The position numbers were made by a program, and so were the translations under genes. A stretch of 63,844 bases of DNA, counting the filler, from Chiloscyllium plagiosum (Eukaryota), in NCBI RefSeq assembly GCF_004010195.1. It is 6 parts of one record of this genome, joined end to end, with 100 filler letters (N's around TTAATTAATTAA, not from the genome) between each part and the next. Parts side by side here need not be neighbours in the genome. Positions count along the whole stretch, not along the records: positions 18,603 to 39,238 come from NC_057714.1; positions 39,339 to 51,674 come from NC_057714.1; 4 more parts are not named here. The stretch is one strand, 5' to 3'. Under the pieces are notes generated by a model. That model did no database searches. It worked only from the letters and a program-made list of their open reading frames with translations, and was not told where the DNA came from. Shown piece by piece: positions 26,165-39,895 of this stretch; the first letter of the stretch is position 1, and each line of letters begins with the position of its first letter.

Positions 26165-26505
26165 TAGGAACAGGAGTAGGTCATCTGGCCCCTCAAGCCT
26201 GTTCCACTATGTAATAAGGTCATGGCTGATCTGATTGTAACTTCAAGCTCACCTTCCCATCTCACTTCCTTACTTATCAAGACTCTATCCATCTCTGCAT
26301 TAAAAATATTCAAGGAGTCCGCTTCCACTGCCTCTCAGGATGAGAGTTCCGAAGACTTACCACCTTCCGGGAGAAAACGATACACCTCATTTCTCTTTTT
26401 AATAGGTGACCCCTGGTTTTTAAAAAGAAACTCCGAATTGTAGATTGCCCCGTCAAGGGGGAGCATAGGTGGAACATTCCCACAATTTGGCTAAGTGTCA
26501 ATGTT
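26165..26505 (-). mobile_element. Decayed CR1 3' fragment
   Basis: Minus frame TRGHLLK..FSRKVV resembles the CR1 ORF2 C-terminus; AGGAGTAGG 3'UTR motif on the + strand. Confidence 0.7.
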
Positions 26506-26509
26506 TTTA

Positions 26510-26778
26510 GAATAGATTTCCTTCAGCCCAACCAGACCCTCCGAAGGGCAACCCATCCAGACCCATTTCCCGCTGAATGATGCACCTAACACTGTGGGCA
26601 ATTTAGCATGGCTAATTCACCTGCCCTGCACACCTTTGGATTGTGGAAGGAAACCGGAGCACCTGGAGGAAACCCACACAGACATGGGGAGAATGTACAG
26701 TCACCCGAGGCTGGAATCGAACCTGGGACCCCGGTGCTGTGAGGCAGCAGTGCTAACCACTGAGCCACCGTACTGCCC
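26510..26778 (-). mobile_element. HE1-type SINE
   Basis: Reverse complement of HE1 head and V-domain (GAGGCAGCAGTGCTAACCACTGAGCCACCG). Confidence 0.9.
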
Positions 26779-26929
26779 TAATTTCAAGGAATATCATGAA
26801 TGGTTTCCCTCCATGAATCCTAGCAACTATTCTCACACAACATTCATCCTTTCACCTCATTCATTTTGCACCCAGGGTCCATGGCACTCTTCTAGTTGCA
26901 TTGTACCATTTGTAGAAGCAGAACACCAG

Positions 26930-27375
26930 CATAACCACAAGTCAGGAGTGTGAAGGAATACTCTCCACTTGCCTGATGGATGCAGCACCAACAACACTCG
27001 AGAAGCCTGACACCATCTAGGACAAAGAAGCCCGCTTGATTGGCACCAGATCCACAAACATTCATTCCCTCCACCACCGATGCTCAGTAGCAATAGTGTG
27101 TACTATCTTCAGAATGCATTGCAGAAATTCAGTAACGATCCTTAGATAGCACCTTCCAAATCCAGACCCACTTCCAAACCAACAGGACAAGGGATACTTG
27201 GGAACACCATCGCCTGCACATTTCCCTTCAAGGCACTCACCATATATCACCGTTCCTTCACTGTTACTGGGTCACAAACCTGGAATTTCCTCTCTAATGG
27301 CATTGTGAGTGCATCCAGGCCAGGTGGGCTGCTGTTCACCACTACCTTCTCAAGGGGAACTAATGATGGGCAATA
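26930..27375 (+). mobile_element. 3' fragment of a second, non-HER1 CR1-group LINE family (another piece at ~48260-48404)
   Basis: Degenerate QVRSV.EYSPLA..AAPTTLEKPDTI.DKEARLIG post-RT region. Ends GGGGAACTAATGATGGGCAATA, matching the tail of the SINE at 28732. Confidence 0.75.
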
Positions 27376-27980
27376 GTGTGGTAAAGAGGGCATATGGCAC
27401 ACTTGCATCTATTGTTTGAGGCATTGAGTACAAGAGTCAAGATGTGATGCTACAACTTTATAAAACATTGGTTAGGCTGCCACATTACTGGAAGGATATG
27501 GAGCTACGGAAAAGGTGCAAAAGAGGTTTTCCAGGATGTTGCCTGGATTAGAGGTCAGGAGACTTCAGGAAAGGCTGGACAAACTCAGGTTGTTTTCTCT
27601 CCAGCAGCAGAGGCTGAGGGGAGACTTGGTAGAAGTCTACAACATAATGAGATGCACAGAAAGTGTCAACAGTGGATCGTTTTTCCAGAGCCAGGGGGCA
27701 TGCATTTAAGGAGAGAGGAGGAAAATTCAAAGGAGATGTGAGGGGCATGTTTTTTGTGCAGAGAGTGGCAGGAGTCTGGAAGATTCTTCTAGAGGTGGTC
27801 GTAGAGATGGATACGATAGAGGCATTTAAGGGATTTTTAGATCAGCACTTGAGTAAACAAGGAATGGAGGGATGTCAACCAAGGGAAGGCAGAAGAGATT
27901 AGTTTAATTTGGTGCCATGTTCAGCACGACATCATGGGCTGAAGGGCCTGTTCCTGTGCTGTACTGTTCTGTGTTCTATG
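27376..27980 (+). mobile_element. CR1 3' fragment
   Basis: QKRFSRMLPGL..ERLDKLRLFSL..RLRGDL; GGGCTGAAGGGCCTGTTCC; TTCTATG tail. Confidence 0.9.
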
Positions 27981-28731
27981 AACAAATAAACACCATTGCA
28001 GCTCGCTATGCCCACATCTAATGAGAGTATAAAAAATTCCCATTACCCTTGCAGGTGCCTTGACCTTGCTACAGGAGAAACAAACAAAATAGTATCCTTT
28101 GGCACAACTGCATTTATACTGTCCCTGATCTATTTGTGGGTTGATCATTGAGAGGTTGCATGAAAATGCCCAGTGGATGCAATGAATCTCTGTGGAGACC
28201 GTCAGAAAGAGAATACTTTGTCAGTGATAATGAGTCATCTTTCACAGACCATCTCCATCCATGAGGTCCAGGCCTCTGTCAAGTCAGGGGTCACCATCAT
28301 GAATTGGGTGGTCCTACCACAGATGGTCATGGTCATTGTCCAATCTCAGGCCAGAGGTTTTCACATGATTCATTGGCCATTTGGGATAGTCAGAGTCAGG
28401 AGACTGGGCCACAGTCACTCATGCAGTTCCAATGCAACAGTCGGGGATTGGCAGTAAATCCTCTGGGAGCTATAAGGATAACAGCCAGGAATCTTGTCAG
28501 TCATCAGCCAGGGCTCTCATTCCAAGTCAGTCAGGTGGTGGTGGGCCATGGTCAGTCCTGGGGGTCTGGTCATTGTCAATCAAGGAGGTTTATCAAGGCC
28601 CAGCATGGTGGTGGGGAACATGGAGAAATCAATTGTGGGATTGGAAGACCAGGGGTTACTTACGGAGGACATCATGGTCACCACCAGCCTGTCTTCAATG
28701 AGTAGACAGTGCATCACAATGGCTGTATCAT

Positions 28732-29088
28732 GGGGGAGGCAATGGCCTAGTGGTACTATCAGTGAACTGTTAATCCAGAGACCCAGATAATGTTCTGGGG
28801 ACTGAGGTTGAAATCCTGCCATGGCAGATGATGGAATTTGAATTCAATAAATATCTGGAATTAAAGACTCTAATAATGACCATAAATCCAATTGTCAATT
28901 GCTTGGGAAAAAAACATTTCATTTGAGTCACTAATGCCCTTCAGGGAAGGAAACTGCCACCCTGATCTGGTCTGGCCTACATGTGACTCCAGGCAGTTGA
29001 CACTTACCTGCCCTATGGGCAATTAGGGATGGGCAATAAATGCTGGCCTAGACAGCGACACCTGCATTCCATGAATGAATAAAAGAAA
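28732..29088 (+). mobile_element. tRNA-headed SINE, second family
   Basis: A box TGGCCTAGTGG (28743-28753), B-box-like GGTTGAAATCC (28806-28816), LINE-like tail GGGCAATTAGGGATGGGCAATAAATGCTGGCC...ATGAATGAATAAAA. Confidence 0.85.
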
Positions 29089-30974
29089 TTTTGTAGGCCC
29101 AGGCACAGGGAGTAATGACAGGAGAGGGAGACTTAAATGAAAGAGCTGGGTGAGAACGTGGGGAAGTTCTGAAGTAATGAGGCTAACAGGAAGTGCGAAG
29201 AAGAAAGAAACACGAAGGTTTGGGAGTTACCTAGATCAGTGGGCTGGGCCTGCAGCTACATTCTGTGAGGACTTTCAAGGGGCAATTGCATTCTTCAGGC
29301 TCTTACACTGTGGACATCTGTAATCATAGAATTCTGCATGTGAAAAACAGACTACCCAACTATGTGGAATACAAATCCTGGCCACAAATAACCATAACTA
29401 TGTTATTAGTCATTGTCTCTGTGAAGCCGAGGTAATATCAGGCGATCTTAAAAGCAATTCGCAAGCATGATTCACAAGGACAATCTGGGATGTCAGAAGG
29501 TACAGAAGGGCACGGAACTGTTTTCCTCTCACCTTGAACTGGAAGCATTCATCAACATGCTCTTGCATGCAGTGTTGCCTTCCTTGAGTGATGCGGGGGG
29601 AACAAGGTATCAATAATTAGTACAGTCATATCAACCACAGTATTTGTGCATTGTCCTGCATTCATCGGACTAAGGTCCCCATGTCACATGTCCACATACC
29701 TGGCCTCCTTGTTGGAGTTCTCCATATCCAACTGGATGGAGGACGATGATAAACTGTCATTAGTATGTGATGTGAATACTGCTTGCTCCCATTACTAAGG
29801 ATCTGTTCTGTTTCTGATATCCCCACACAGGGTCATTGGGAACGTGACCAGTGGATCCAGCTATAGCAGGAGTTACTGCTGTTACTGTGATGCAATGAAG
29901 GTGCCTAGAGAAGGAGGAGGAACTGACAAGCCTGAAAACCTAGGACTTGCAGTAAGCTCCTCCAGCTGCCAAACAACCTCCACATGAAGAGCTCACAGCT
30001 GAAGGTCCCCTTCTGGACACTCATGATATACAAGGAGGCTCAGAGTCGATCATCTTCATTGCCATTTCCTCCATATGAGTAAGGCACAGTGTCACCACAG
30101 ATTGAGGATGTCCTGAAACACTGCCATTGATGTATGGCAACTGTTGGAGTGGGACCTGTGAGCTTAAAGAGTGACCATCCCATCCCAGTGGCCACCAAGG
30201 TGATGGCTGCACTAAATGCTAATACAACTAGCTGCTTCGAAAGAACCACTGGGAACATGTGCGAGATCTCACTAGCACAAATGTATGGAGGCTGTTACTA
30301 ATGCAGTCCGTGCTGGATCACTCAGCTCTAGCTCATTGCTCTGTGATAAGGTCAGTGCTGCAGCCTGGGCAATAAGCTTTGCCGAGCCACTGCCTGAAGC
30401 TAATTCAGTTCACAACTTTAGTGACTTTTTTGGTCCCAGAAGGAACATTCAACCACATGCAAACCATGCCTACTTCCACTTCAGTAACACAGTCAATTTC
30501 TGGTCCTACCTCAGTCTATTATGCAAGTTCAAATCCTAAGCAGATCCGGTCTCAACCTGGGATTGAAATTTTGGGAGACTTTATTAAATCCACAGAAATG
30601 GCAAGTGATTCTTCAACAGAGCTGCTGAAAAGGGAAGCATAGGAATCATTCAGTAAAGCCATGATTAACACACCCATCAATAATTGAGGCATGGACTGCA
30701 GGATCTATACAGTGGAAGCGTGAAAACATCAGAGATCCTCATTTTAGCTGTCACTGGCTAATTGGGTAACAGTTCTGAAAGGGTTAAAGTTGGAAAGTTC
30801 ATGAGGCTCCACCCTATCTGATGAAGTCAAGCAGTCCTGCATGGAGAATCAGGGAGTCCCGGTCCAGATCTCAAGGGGGTCTGACATGTCATTCATGACT
30901 CATGACAGACACCATGACAAAGACCAGCGTAAACTGGAGTGCTTATTATCATGCAAGAAACTACATCTTGTTGT

Positions 30975-31575
30975 TAAGGCAAGCTTGCCTGTTATTAGCT
31001 GGGATTTAGGAGCAAGGAAATCTTGATACAACTTTATAAAATATCTGTTCGGCCCAGGTGGAGGTCTAGTTGTCACATTATCGGAAGGATGTGATTGCGC
31101 TGGAGAGGGTGCAGAGGGGATTCATCAGGATGTTGTTTGGGATGAAAAGCCTCACTTACAAAGAGAGATTGGAGAGGCTGGGTTTGTTGTCCCTGGAGCA
31201 GAGGAGGCTGAGAGGGGATCTGATTGAGATGTACAAAATAATGAGAGACATCGACGGGGTAGATTGTGAGATTCTTTTTCCCCAAGGCCAAAAGGCATAA
31301 GGTTAAAGTGAGGAGTAAGTGGTTTGGAGAACTGAGGAAACATTTTTTCACCCAGAAGATGGTGGAAATATCGAACACCCTGCCTGAGAGGCTGGTGGAG
31401 GCAAGTACTCTCGTAACATTTAAGAAGCATCTGGATGGAGATTTGCAATGTCCAGGCATGGTAGGCTATAGATCAAGTGTAGGTAAATGGGATTAGTGTA
31501 ATATGGTGTTTATTGGCCAGCATTAACATGATGGGCCAAAGAGCCTAATTCTATGCTGTACCACTCTATGACTCT
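30975..31575 (+). mobile_element. CR1 3' fragment
   Basis: YRKDVIALERVQRGFIRM..YKERLERLGLLSLEQRRLRGDLIEMYKIM; CTCTATGACTCT tail. Confidence 0.92.
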
Positions 31576-31599
31576 AATTTTCCCTTCTTATTAAGATTG

Positions 31600-31725
31600 G
31601 CCAATGAAGGGCTTATGTCAGAAACGTCGACTCCCTGCTCCTCGGATGCTGCCTGACCTGCTGTGCTTTTCCAGCACCACACTCTTTGACTCTGATCTGC
31701 AGCATCTGCAGTACCCACTTTCTCT
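31600..31725 (+). mobile_element. Short PLE-derived repeat with degenerate family A hammerhead
   Basis: ATGAAGGGCTTATGTCAGAAACGTCG followed by GGATGCTGCCTGACCTGCTGTGCTTTTCCAGCA, shared with 17548 and 58360. Confidence 0.7.
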
Positions 31726-31980
31726 AACCCTTTACCATTGTTAGCCAAAAGAATCCTTAACCCAGTATAGCAAGAAGGATTGGTGACAGCATTCTACACC
31801 AACATTTAGTTGGCAGTGTTTGTTTCTATAAACATACGAAATGGTTATCAGCAATGGAAATGTTGTTTAAATACTTCACAGTGATAACTGTGAAAAATGT
31901 TCCATTTGACCCAGAAAACCTTTTAATTGGCAAGACAAATGAGTTTGCCACTTTACAATAATTACCACTGTAAGAGTTCA

Positions 31981-32318
31981 GTGGCACAGTGGTACGAGTG
32001 GCATCGTGGTTAGCACCGCAGCCTCACAGTGCCAGGAACCTGGCTTCTATACCAGCTTCAGGCGGCTGTCTGTGTGGAATTTGCACAATCTCCCAGCGCC
32101 TGCATGGGTTTCCACTGGGTGCTCTGGTTTTCTCTCACAGTCAAAGATGTGCAGGTTAGGTGGATTGGCCATGCGAAAGTGCCCTATAGCGTGCAGGCTA
32201 GATGGGTTAGCTATGGTAAACGGGGTTCATAGGGATAGAATGGGATGCTCTTCAGCAGGTCGGCACAGAATCAATGGGCCAAATGGCCTCGAACTGCACT
32301 GGAGGGATTCCATGATAC
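31981..32318 (+). mobile_element. Diverged HE1-type SINE
   Basis: GTGGTTAGCACCGCAGCCTCACAG head, V-domain, AGTCAAAGATGTGCAGGTTAGG. Confidence 0.85.
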
Positions 32319-32482
32319 TGAGAAAGTCAATCAGCTGTTGCAAGTGGCTGAGCAGGGAAATAATCTGCAGAACTCATGGAAGAGACAGCAGGACAACAGC
32401 GAAACCCCAGGCTAAAGCCATCACCTCAGAGCTGGTAAGAGGTGACATTGTGGCCAATGAGAGAGTAAAAGCATTAGTTACA

Positions 32483-35400
32483 CTAGAATCATACAGCATG
32501 GAAACAGACCCTTCAGTCCAACCAGTCCACGCCCAGCATAATCCCGAACTAAACTAGTCCCATATGCCTACTCCTGGCCCATATCCCTCCAAATCTTTCC
32601 TGTTCATGAATCTATCCAAATGTCTTTTCAAGTTGTAATTGTACCCACATCCACCACTTCCTCAGGAAGTTCACTCCAAATGCAAACCACCCTCTGTGTA
32701 AAAAAGGTGTCCCTCATGTATTTTTTAAATCTCTCTCCTTTGACCTTAAAAATGTGCCCCCTGGTCTTGAAATCCTCTATTCTAGGGACAAGGTAACTAT
32801 CATTAACCCTATGTATACCTCTCACTATTTTATAGACGACTATCAAATTGCCTCTCAACCTCCTACACCCTAGTGAAAAGCGTTCCAACCTATTCGTCCT
32901 TTCTTTATAACTCAAACTTTCCATACCTGGCAACATCCTGGTAAACCCCTTCCAAACCCTCTCCAGCTTAATGATATCCTTCCTGTAACTGGGCAACCAG
33001 AACTGGACACAGTAGTCCAGAAGAGGCCTCACCAATGTCCTGTACAACCTCAACATGACGTCCCAACTCCTATACTCTAAGGACTGAGCAGTAAAGGCAA
33101 GTGTGCCAAACGCCTTTTTAACCACCCTATCTAGAGGTGGCACAGGCTTCAAAGAATTGTTACCTGCACCACTAAGTCTCTCTGGTTTACAACACTACTC
33201 AAGCCCTAACATAATTGTATAAGCTGTACTCTTTTTTTTTGTTGAAACAAAATGCAATATCTTGCATTAATCCAGATTGAATTCAATCTGTCATTTTTCA
33301 GCCCTTTGACACATTTGATCAAGATCCCTTTGTAATCTTAGAAAACAGTCTTCACTGTTTATATGCCACCAATTTTGATGTTGTCCGCAAACCCGCTGAT
33401 CATGTCTTCTATATTCTCATCCAAATCATTTATATAAATGACAAACAATGGAGGAGCAAGAACTGATCCCGATGGAACATTGCTGGTAACAAGCCTCCAG
33501 TCTGAAAAGCAACCCTCCACCACCACTCGTTGTCTCCTGCTATTAACCCAATTTTGTATCCAATTGGCAAGCTCACCCTGAATCCCTAACTTTACTAATT
33601 AGTCGACCATGCAGAACCTTGTCAAAGGCTCTGCTAACAAAGTTTATTGCTCTGCCATCATCAATCCATTTGGTAACTTGCTCAAACAACTCAGTCAAGT
33701 TTGTGAGTCACAATTTTTCTCACACAAAACCATGCTATCAGTAATCAATTTTTGCGTCTCTAAATGTCCATGAATCCTATCTTTTATAATCACCTCCTTT
33801 CAATTTACCCACAACTGAAATCAGACTCACAGGTCGATAGTTCCCTGATTTCTCCTTATATCCTTTCTTAGACAAAAGTGTAGCATTCTCCATCCTCCAG
33901 TCAGAGATATCTCACCCGTAGTGATAGATGAAGCAAATATGTCTGCAAAGGAGTCTCGTCATTCCTTCCCTTACTTGCTCCTGTGTTCTGGGATACATTA
34001 GATCAGGTCTCGGAGGTGTATCCACCTTTATATTCTCTAAGACCTCCCGAGTTTCCTCTTCTGCAATGTGAACTGTTTTTAAAACATCAAAGTTTATTTC
34101 TCTGTATTCTCGAGACTCCAATTCTTTCTCCACAGTAAAAACTGACACAAAATATTCATTCAGTATCTCTCCCATCTCCTGGGGTTCAACACAAAGATAA
34201 CCTCCTTAATCTTTAAAAGGCCCTACCCTCTGTCTCGCTCTCAATGTATTTGTAGAATCTCTTTGATTTATCCTTAACCTTATCTGCCAATGCTATCTCA
34301 TATCCACTTTTGCCTTCTTGATTTCTTTCTTAAAAATGCCTACACACATTTTTTTTTAATTAAGAAACTCAAGTGAACCAAGATGTCCATATCTAAAGTA
34401 AGATTCTATTTTATTCTTGAGTAGGACCTCAATATCTTTATTCATTCATTATTCCTTAATCTTACCAGCCTTACCCTTCACTCTAACAGGAACATAATGA
34501 CTCTGAGCTCTTGTCATCATACTCTTGAATGCCTCCCATGCGTCACACCTCCTTTTATCTATGAACGGTCTACTCCACTCCACTTTTGAAAGTTTTTGTC
34601 TCGTACCATTAAAGTTTGCCTTATCCAATTGAAAACTTTAACTTTAATGGAAGGCTTATCCTTTTCCATACCATTGTGAAACTAATAGAATTATGATGTC
34701 TAGACCCCAAGTGTTTCCCCACTTTTACTTCAGTTATCTGCCCTGCTTTATTGCCCAAAGGAAGGTCTAGTTTTGCTCTTTCTCTAGTAGGACCATGTGC
34801 ATATTGATTAAGAAAATTTTCTAAGTACACATCTGACAAATTCTTCACCATCCAAACCTTTAACACTGTGGTAGCCCCTTTCAATGTTTGAAAAATTAAA
34901 ATCCCCTATTATTACAACCTTGTTTTGTTTACATATATCTGCAATCTTCCTACATATTTATTTCTCAATTTCCCTCTTAAACATTGGAGTCTGATACTAT
35001 AATCCCGTCAAGATGATCTTTGGCATTCTTATTTCTAATTTCTAATTTTCACTGGTTGACTTTTCAAAAATATCTTCTGTAGTTACAGCAACAATGTATT
35101 CATTAATCAAAAACACCCTGCCTGTTCAATCACCAGCCCCTCCACCTCCCCACCCCCACCCCAACCGCTCCTATCTTGCCTCCTTTCCTATCCTTCCAAC
35201 AGTATCGAAAACCGGGAACATTGAGCTGACAGTCTTGTCCATCTCTCAGGCAATTTCTGGAATAGTAATGATGTGCCAATCCCATGTTCTTATGCATGCC
35301 CTGAGTTCAACAGCCTTACCTGTAAGACTCCTTGCATTGAAATAAATGCAATTTAGTTCTTCAGAGTTACTGTATATTTTGAGTCTCGTCTTTCCTTTCA

Positions 35401-36950
35401 AATTGACATGTTCTCCCTCACATTCAGAACCACCCCACAACGATCTTTCTACTTACACAGCTACCTGGAATTCCTCCACTCCCTCTCTCTATTAGTATAA
35501 AGTCTCCTTTAATGGAACAAGCAAATCTCCCTGCTAAAATATTAGTCCTTTTCCAGCTCAGGTTAGACTCATCCTTTTTGAACAGGTCATAGAGTCATAG
35601 AGATGTACAGCATGGAAACAGACCCTTCGGTCCAACCCGTCCATGCCAACCAGATATCCCAACCCAATCTGGTCCCACCTGCCAGCACCCGGCTCATATC
35701 CCTCCAAACCCTTCCTATTCTTATACTCATCCAAATACCTCTTAAATGTTGCAATTGTACCAGCCTCCAACATGTCATTCCATACCCGTACCACCCTGTG
35801 TGTTAAAAGGTTGCCCCGTAGGTCTCTTTATATCTTTCCCCTCTCACCCTAAACCTATGCCCTCTAGTTCTGGACTCCCTGACCCCAGGAAAAAGATATT
35901 TACTCTATCGATGCCCCTCATAATTTTGTAAACCTCTGTAAGGCCACCCCTCAGCCTCCGACGCTCCAGGGAAAACAGCCCCAGCCTGTTCAGCCTCTCC
36001 CTATAGCTCAAATCCTCCAACCCTGGCAACATCCTTGTAAATCTTTTCTGAACCCTTTCAAGTTTCACAACATCTTTCCAATAGGAAGGAGACCAGAATT
36101 GCACACAATATTCCAACAGTGGCCTAACCAATGTCCTGTACAGCCACAACNNNNNNNNNNNNNNNNNNNNNNNNNNNNNNNNNNNNNNNNNNNNNNNNNN
36201 NNNNNNNNNNNNNNNNNNNNNNNNNNNNNNNNNNNNNNNNNNNNNNNNNNNNNNNNNNNNNNNNNNNNNNNNNNNNNNNNNNNNNNNNNNNNNNNNNNNN
36301 NNNNNNNNNNNNNNNNNNNNNNNNNNNNNNNNNNNNNNNNNNNNNNNNNNNNNNNNNNNNNNNNNNNNNNNNNAAAAAGTAGAGGACCCAGCACCGATCC
36401 TTGTGGCACTCCACTGGTCACAGGCCTCCAGTCTGAAAAACAACCCTCCACCAATACCCTCTGTCTTCTACCTTTGAACCAGTTCTGTATCCAAATGGCT
36501 AGTTCTCCCTGTATTCCATGAGATCTAACCTTGCTATTCAGTCTCCCATGGGGAACCTTGTCGAACGCCTTACTGAAGTCCATATAGATCACATCTACTA
36601 CTCTGCCCTCATCAATCTTCTTTGTTACTTCTCTTTTCTATTCCAAAACATTCTAATTGTCCAAAAACCTGAATTCCTGAACAAGACACCATCTCTTCAG
36701 CCATTGATTTATCTCCTTTATCCTTTTGTTCCATCCCTTGGTTGTGTTAGGCATTGGGAGTAAACCAGAGATTGTTATTTTTAAGGTTTTATTTTTTAAT
36801 CTCCGACCAAACCTTTTAAATCTACTCTGCACTGCTTTAATCTTTTCCCTAAAAATGTCATTCCTACCAATGTGTAGAATAATTTCTGGTTTCTCAATCC
36901 CATCTTTAACAATATGATTGACATGTTTAGAGACATCCTTATTCCTAAGG
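32483..36950 (-). mobile_element. Long decayed CR1 LINE (ORF1 esterase plus ORF2) hosting a younger CR1
   Basis: Minus frames: CIYFNARSLTGKAVEL, GEILNEYFVSVFT, LYRTLVRPLLDYCVQFW. ORF1 esterase EFRFLD...DLFKKD..L.W.RTNILAGRFA is split by the insertion at 35589-36632. Confidence 0.88.
35589..36632 (-). mobile_element. Younger 5'-truncated CR1 (HER1-type) RT/3' fragment nested in ORF1 of the older CR1; contains an N-gap
   Basis: [49 protein letters not shown]; tail reads CATAGAGTCATAGAG on the + strand. Confidence 0.92.
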
Positions 36951-38162
36951 ATCTGTAGGGTCAGACATGACTCAAAGTTTGGCTAGGATGTCACCATTTT
37001 CAAACTCCAGGAATACAAGTCAAGATTCCTGCAGAAAATGGAGAGAAATTTTAAATTAGCAGTGCAAAACAAAAACAGGCTGGGAAGGATCGATATAAAA
37101 AGGAGCACTTCTCATTAACTGCAAGCATCATTGCCATCATAAGCATACACCATGAGGCATTAGTGAAATCAAGGGCCATTAAATTAATTTATATCAAGGC
37201 TACAGCATCAAGAATATGACAGAGCAGATTTAAGTTAATGAAGAGGCAATTTAAAGAAATTAAAAGACAGAGTCTGGCAGGAGACAATAGAAGAATCTTA
37301 AGAGTGCATGAACATCAGAAGATCTATAATTTAAACTGCAGGTCTAGCAGAAAGATTTATTAACATCACAACCATAGACATTTACTTGAAAAATGTGGGA
37401 TGGAAAATGCATTGTTCATTTGGCCAGGAAAGATGGAAAAAGTTTGCTTTGTCCTTGAAGAAGCTAGAAAACTCGATATATACTGCAGAAGCCTTCAGGA
37501 GGCACGAAGCCACTGCATTTATTGCCACCACAAGCAGTATAGAGAGAGAATATTGCTATTTAACAGAACTCAAAATGTTATTAAAAGAAAATAATGCAAT
37601 ATTGTTACACAGTGCCTCAAGGCATGTAAGGGCAAAAATACAGCATTTCTAAATCTTGAAGGGATTTTAAAACAAGAGATTTAAAGCAACATTGAGATAC
37701 CACAAAATTGTAACAAGTTTTAATGTAATAAGAATAAATAATGACACTAAGAAAGAATTACAGTATAAATAATAACACTACCACAAAGATTTAATATCAG
37801 AGATGCATCAAACATTGTGTAGGATTGGACATCTTGGAGAAAACAATTCTTAAGCTACAGAACTGCTTCAAAATTAATTATTAGCTCTTGAATTGGACAA
37901 ATAAATATGCTATTCTATTGATCAAAGCCTATAGTTGGAGGTTTACCTCCAACTTGACAAGTATGACATGTTTTACCAAACTGCCCCACATTTTATTACA
38001 ACTTTTGATCAAGTAAAATACCTGTTTATGGATGCCTGAGTTTGTCGAACTCCTACATTTCCTGCCATGGAAAATTTCACGGGCTATTCATAACATTTCC
38101 CTGTGATACTGCAGATGCTGGAATCTGTACTGAAAACACAAGATGCTGGAGATCACAGCGGG

Positions 38163-39895
38163 AAAGTGAAAGCGACAGGGAGTATGGAGTTAAATGGAAA
38201 GATAATCAGCAGGATAGCATGTGTGCAGGCGGATTTAAACTTGAGGCAGACTGGGAATGCAGCAAAAAGGAAGGATAACTTAGGACATCTTATGACTTCC
38301 AATATCGTTAATGATAAGGAAGTTAGCATTAAGGCACTTTACCTGAATGCTCGTAGCATTCGTAACAAAGCAGATGAACTAATGGCAGAGATCATCGTGA
38401 ATGATTATAATGTAGTAGGCATCACAGAGACGTGGTTGCAGGGGGGTCAGGACTGGCAGTTAAATATCAAAGGATTTTCAACTTATCGAAAAGATGGGGA
38501 GGCGGGCAGAGGGGGCGGGGTTGCATTGTTAGTTAAGAACAAAATTAAATCTATGGCACTGAATGACATAGCGTCGGATGATGTGGAGTCTGTGTGGGTG
38601 GAATTGAGGAACCACAAAGGCAAAAAAACCATAGTGGGAGTTATGTACAGACCTCGTAACAGTGGTCAGGACCAGGGGCGCAACATGTACCGGGAAATAG
38701 AGAAGGCATGTCAGAAAGGCAAGGTCACGGTGATCATGGGAGACTTCAATATGCAGGTGGACTGGGTAAATAATGTTGCCAGTAGATCCAAAAAAAGGGA
38801 ATTCATGGAATGCTTACAGGATGGCTTTTTGGAACAGCTTGTCATGGAGCCCACAAGGGAGCAGGCTATTCTGCACCTAGTGCTATGTAATGAACCAGAC
38901 TTTATAAAAAATCTTAAATAAGGGAACACTTAGGAAGCAGCGATCATAATATGGTAGAGTTCAGTCTGCAGTTTGAAAGAGAGAAGGAAAAATCGGATGT
39001 AATGGTGTTACAGTTAAATAAAGGTAATTACGAGCGCATGAGAGAGGAACTGACGAAAATAGACTGGAAGCAGAGCCTAGCAGGGAAGACAGTAGAGCAA
39101 AAATGGCAGGAGTTTGTGGGTATAATTGAGGACAGTGTACAGAGGTTCATCCCCAAGAAAAGAAAGACTACCTGGGAAGGGATTAGACAGCCATGGCTGA
39201 CAAAGAAAGTCAGGAAATCTATCAAAGAAAAAGAGAGANNNNNNNNNNNNNNNNNNNNNNNNNNNNNNNNNNNNNNNNNNNNTTAATTAATTAANNNNNN
39301 NNNNNNNNNNNNNNNNNNNNNNNNNNNNNNNNNNNNNNCCATTTCGCCCACTGTGTCCAGTTTTGGTCCCCACACCTCAGGAAGGACATACTGGCACTGG
39401 AGCGTGTCCAGCGGAGATTCACATGGATAATCCCTGGAATGGTAGGTCTAAAATACGAGGAACAGCTGAGGATCCTGGGATTTTATTCACTGGAGTTTAG
39501 AAAATTAAGGGGAGATCTAATAGAAACTTATAAGATAATACATGGCTTGGAGAGGGTGGACGCTAGGAAATTGTTTCCGCTAGACGAGGAGACTAGATCC
39601 CGTGGACACAGCCTTAGAATTAGAGGGGGTAAATTCAGAACAGAAATGCGGAGACATTTCTTCAGCCAGAGAGTGGTGCGCCTGTGGAATTCATTGCCGG
39701 AGAGTGCACTGGAGGCCGGGACGCTAAATGTCTTCAAGGCAGAGATTGATAAATTCTTGATGTCACAAGGAATTAAGGGCTACGGGGAGAATGCGAGTAA
39801 GTGGAGTTGAAATGCTCATCAGCCATGATTGGATGGCGAGTGGACTCGATGGGCCGAATGGCCTTACTTCCACTCCTATGTCTTATGGTCTTATG
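38163..39895 (+). mobile_element. Relatively young CR1 (APE endonuclease frame largely open, RT core lost in the gap, 3' end present)
   Basis: LYLNARSIRNKADEL..VGITETWL..GGGVALLV..IMGDFN; C-terminus LRGDLIETYKI..FFSQRVV; (TCTTATGG)n tail. Confidence 0.93.

Noticed and set aside
38103..38921. 272-aa endonuclease ORF as a host gene
   Set aside because: It is CR1 ORF2 APE, broken near 38920, and its N-terminus is read from a flanking repeat.
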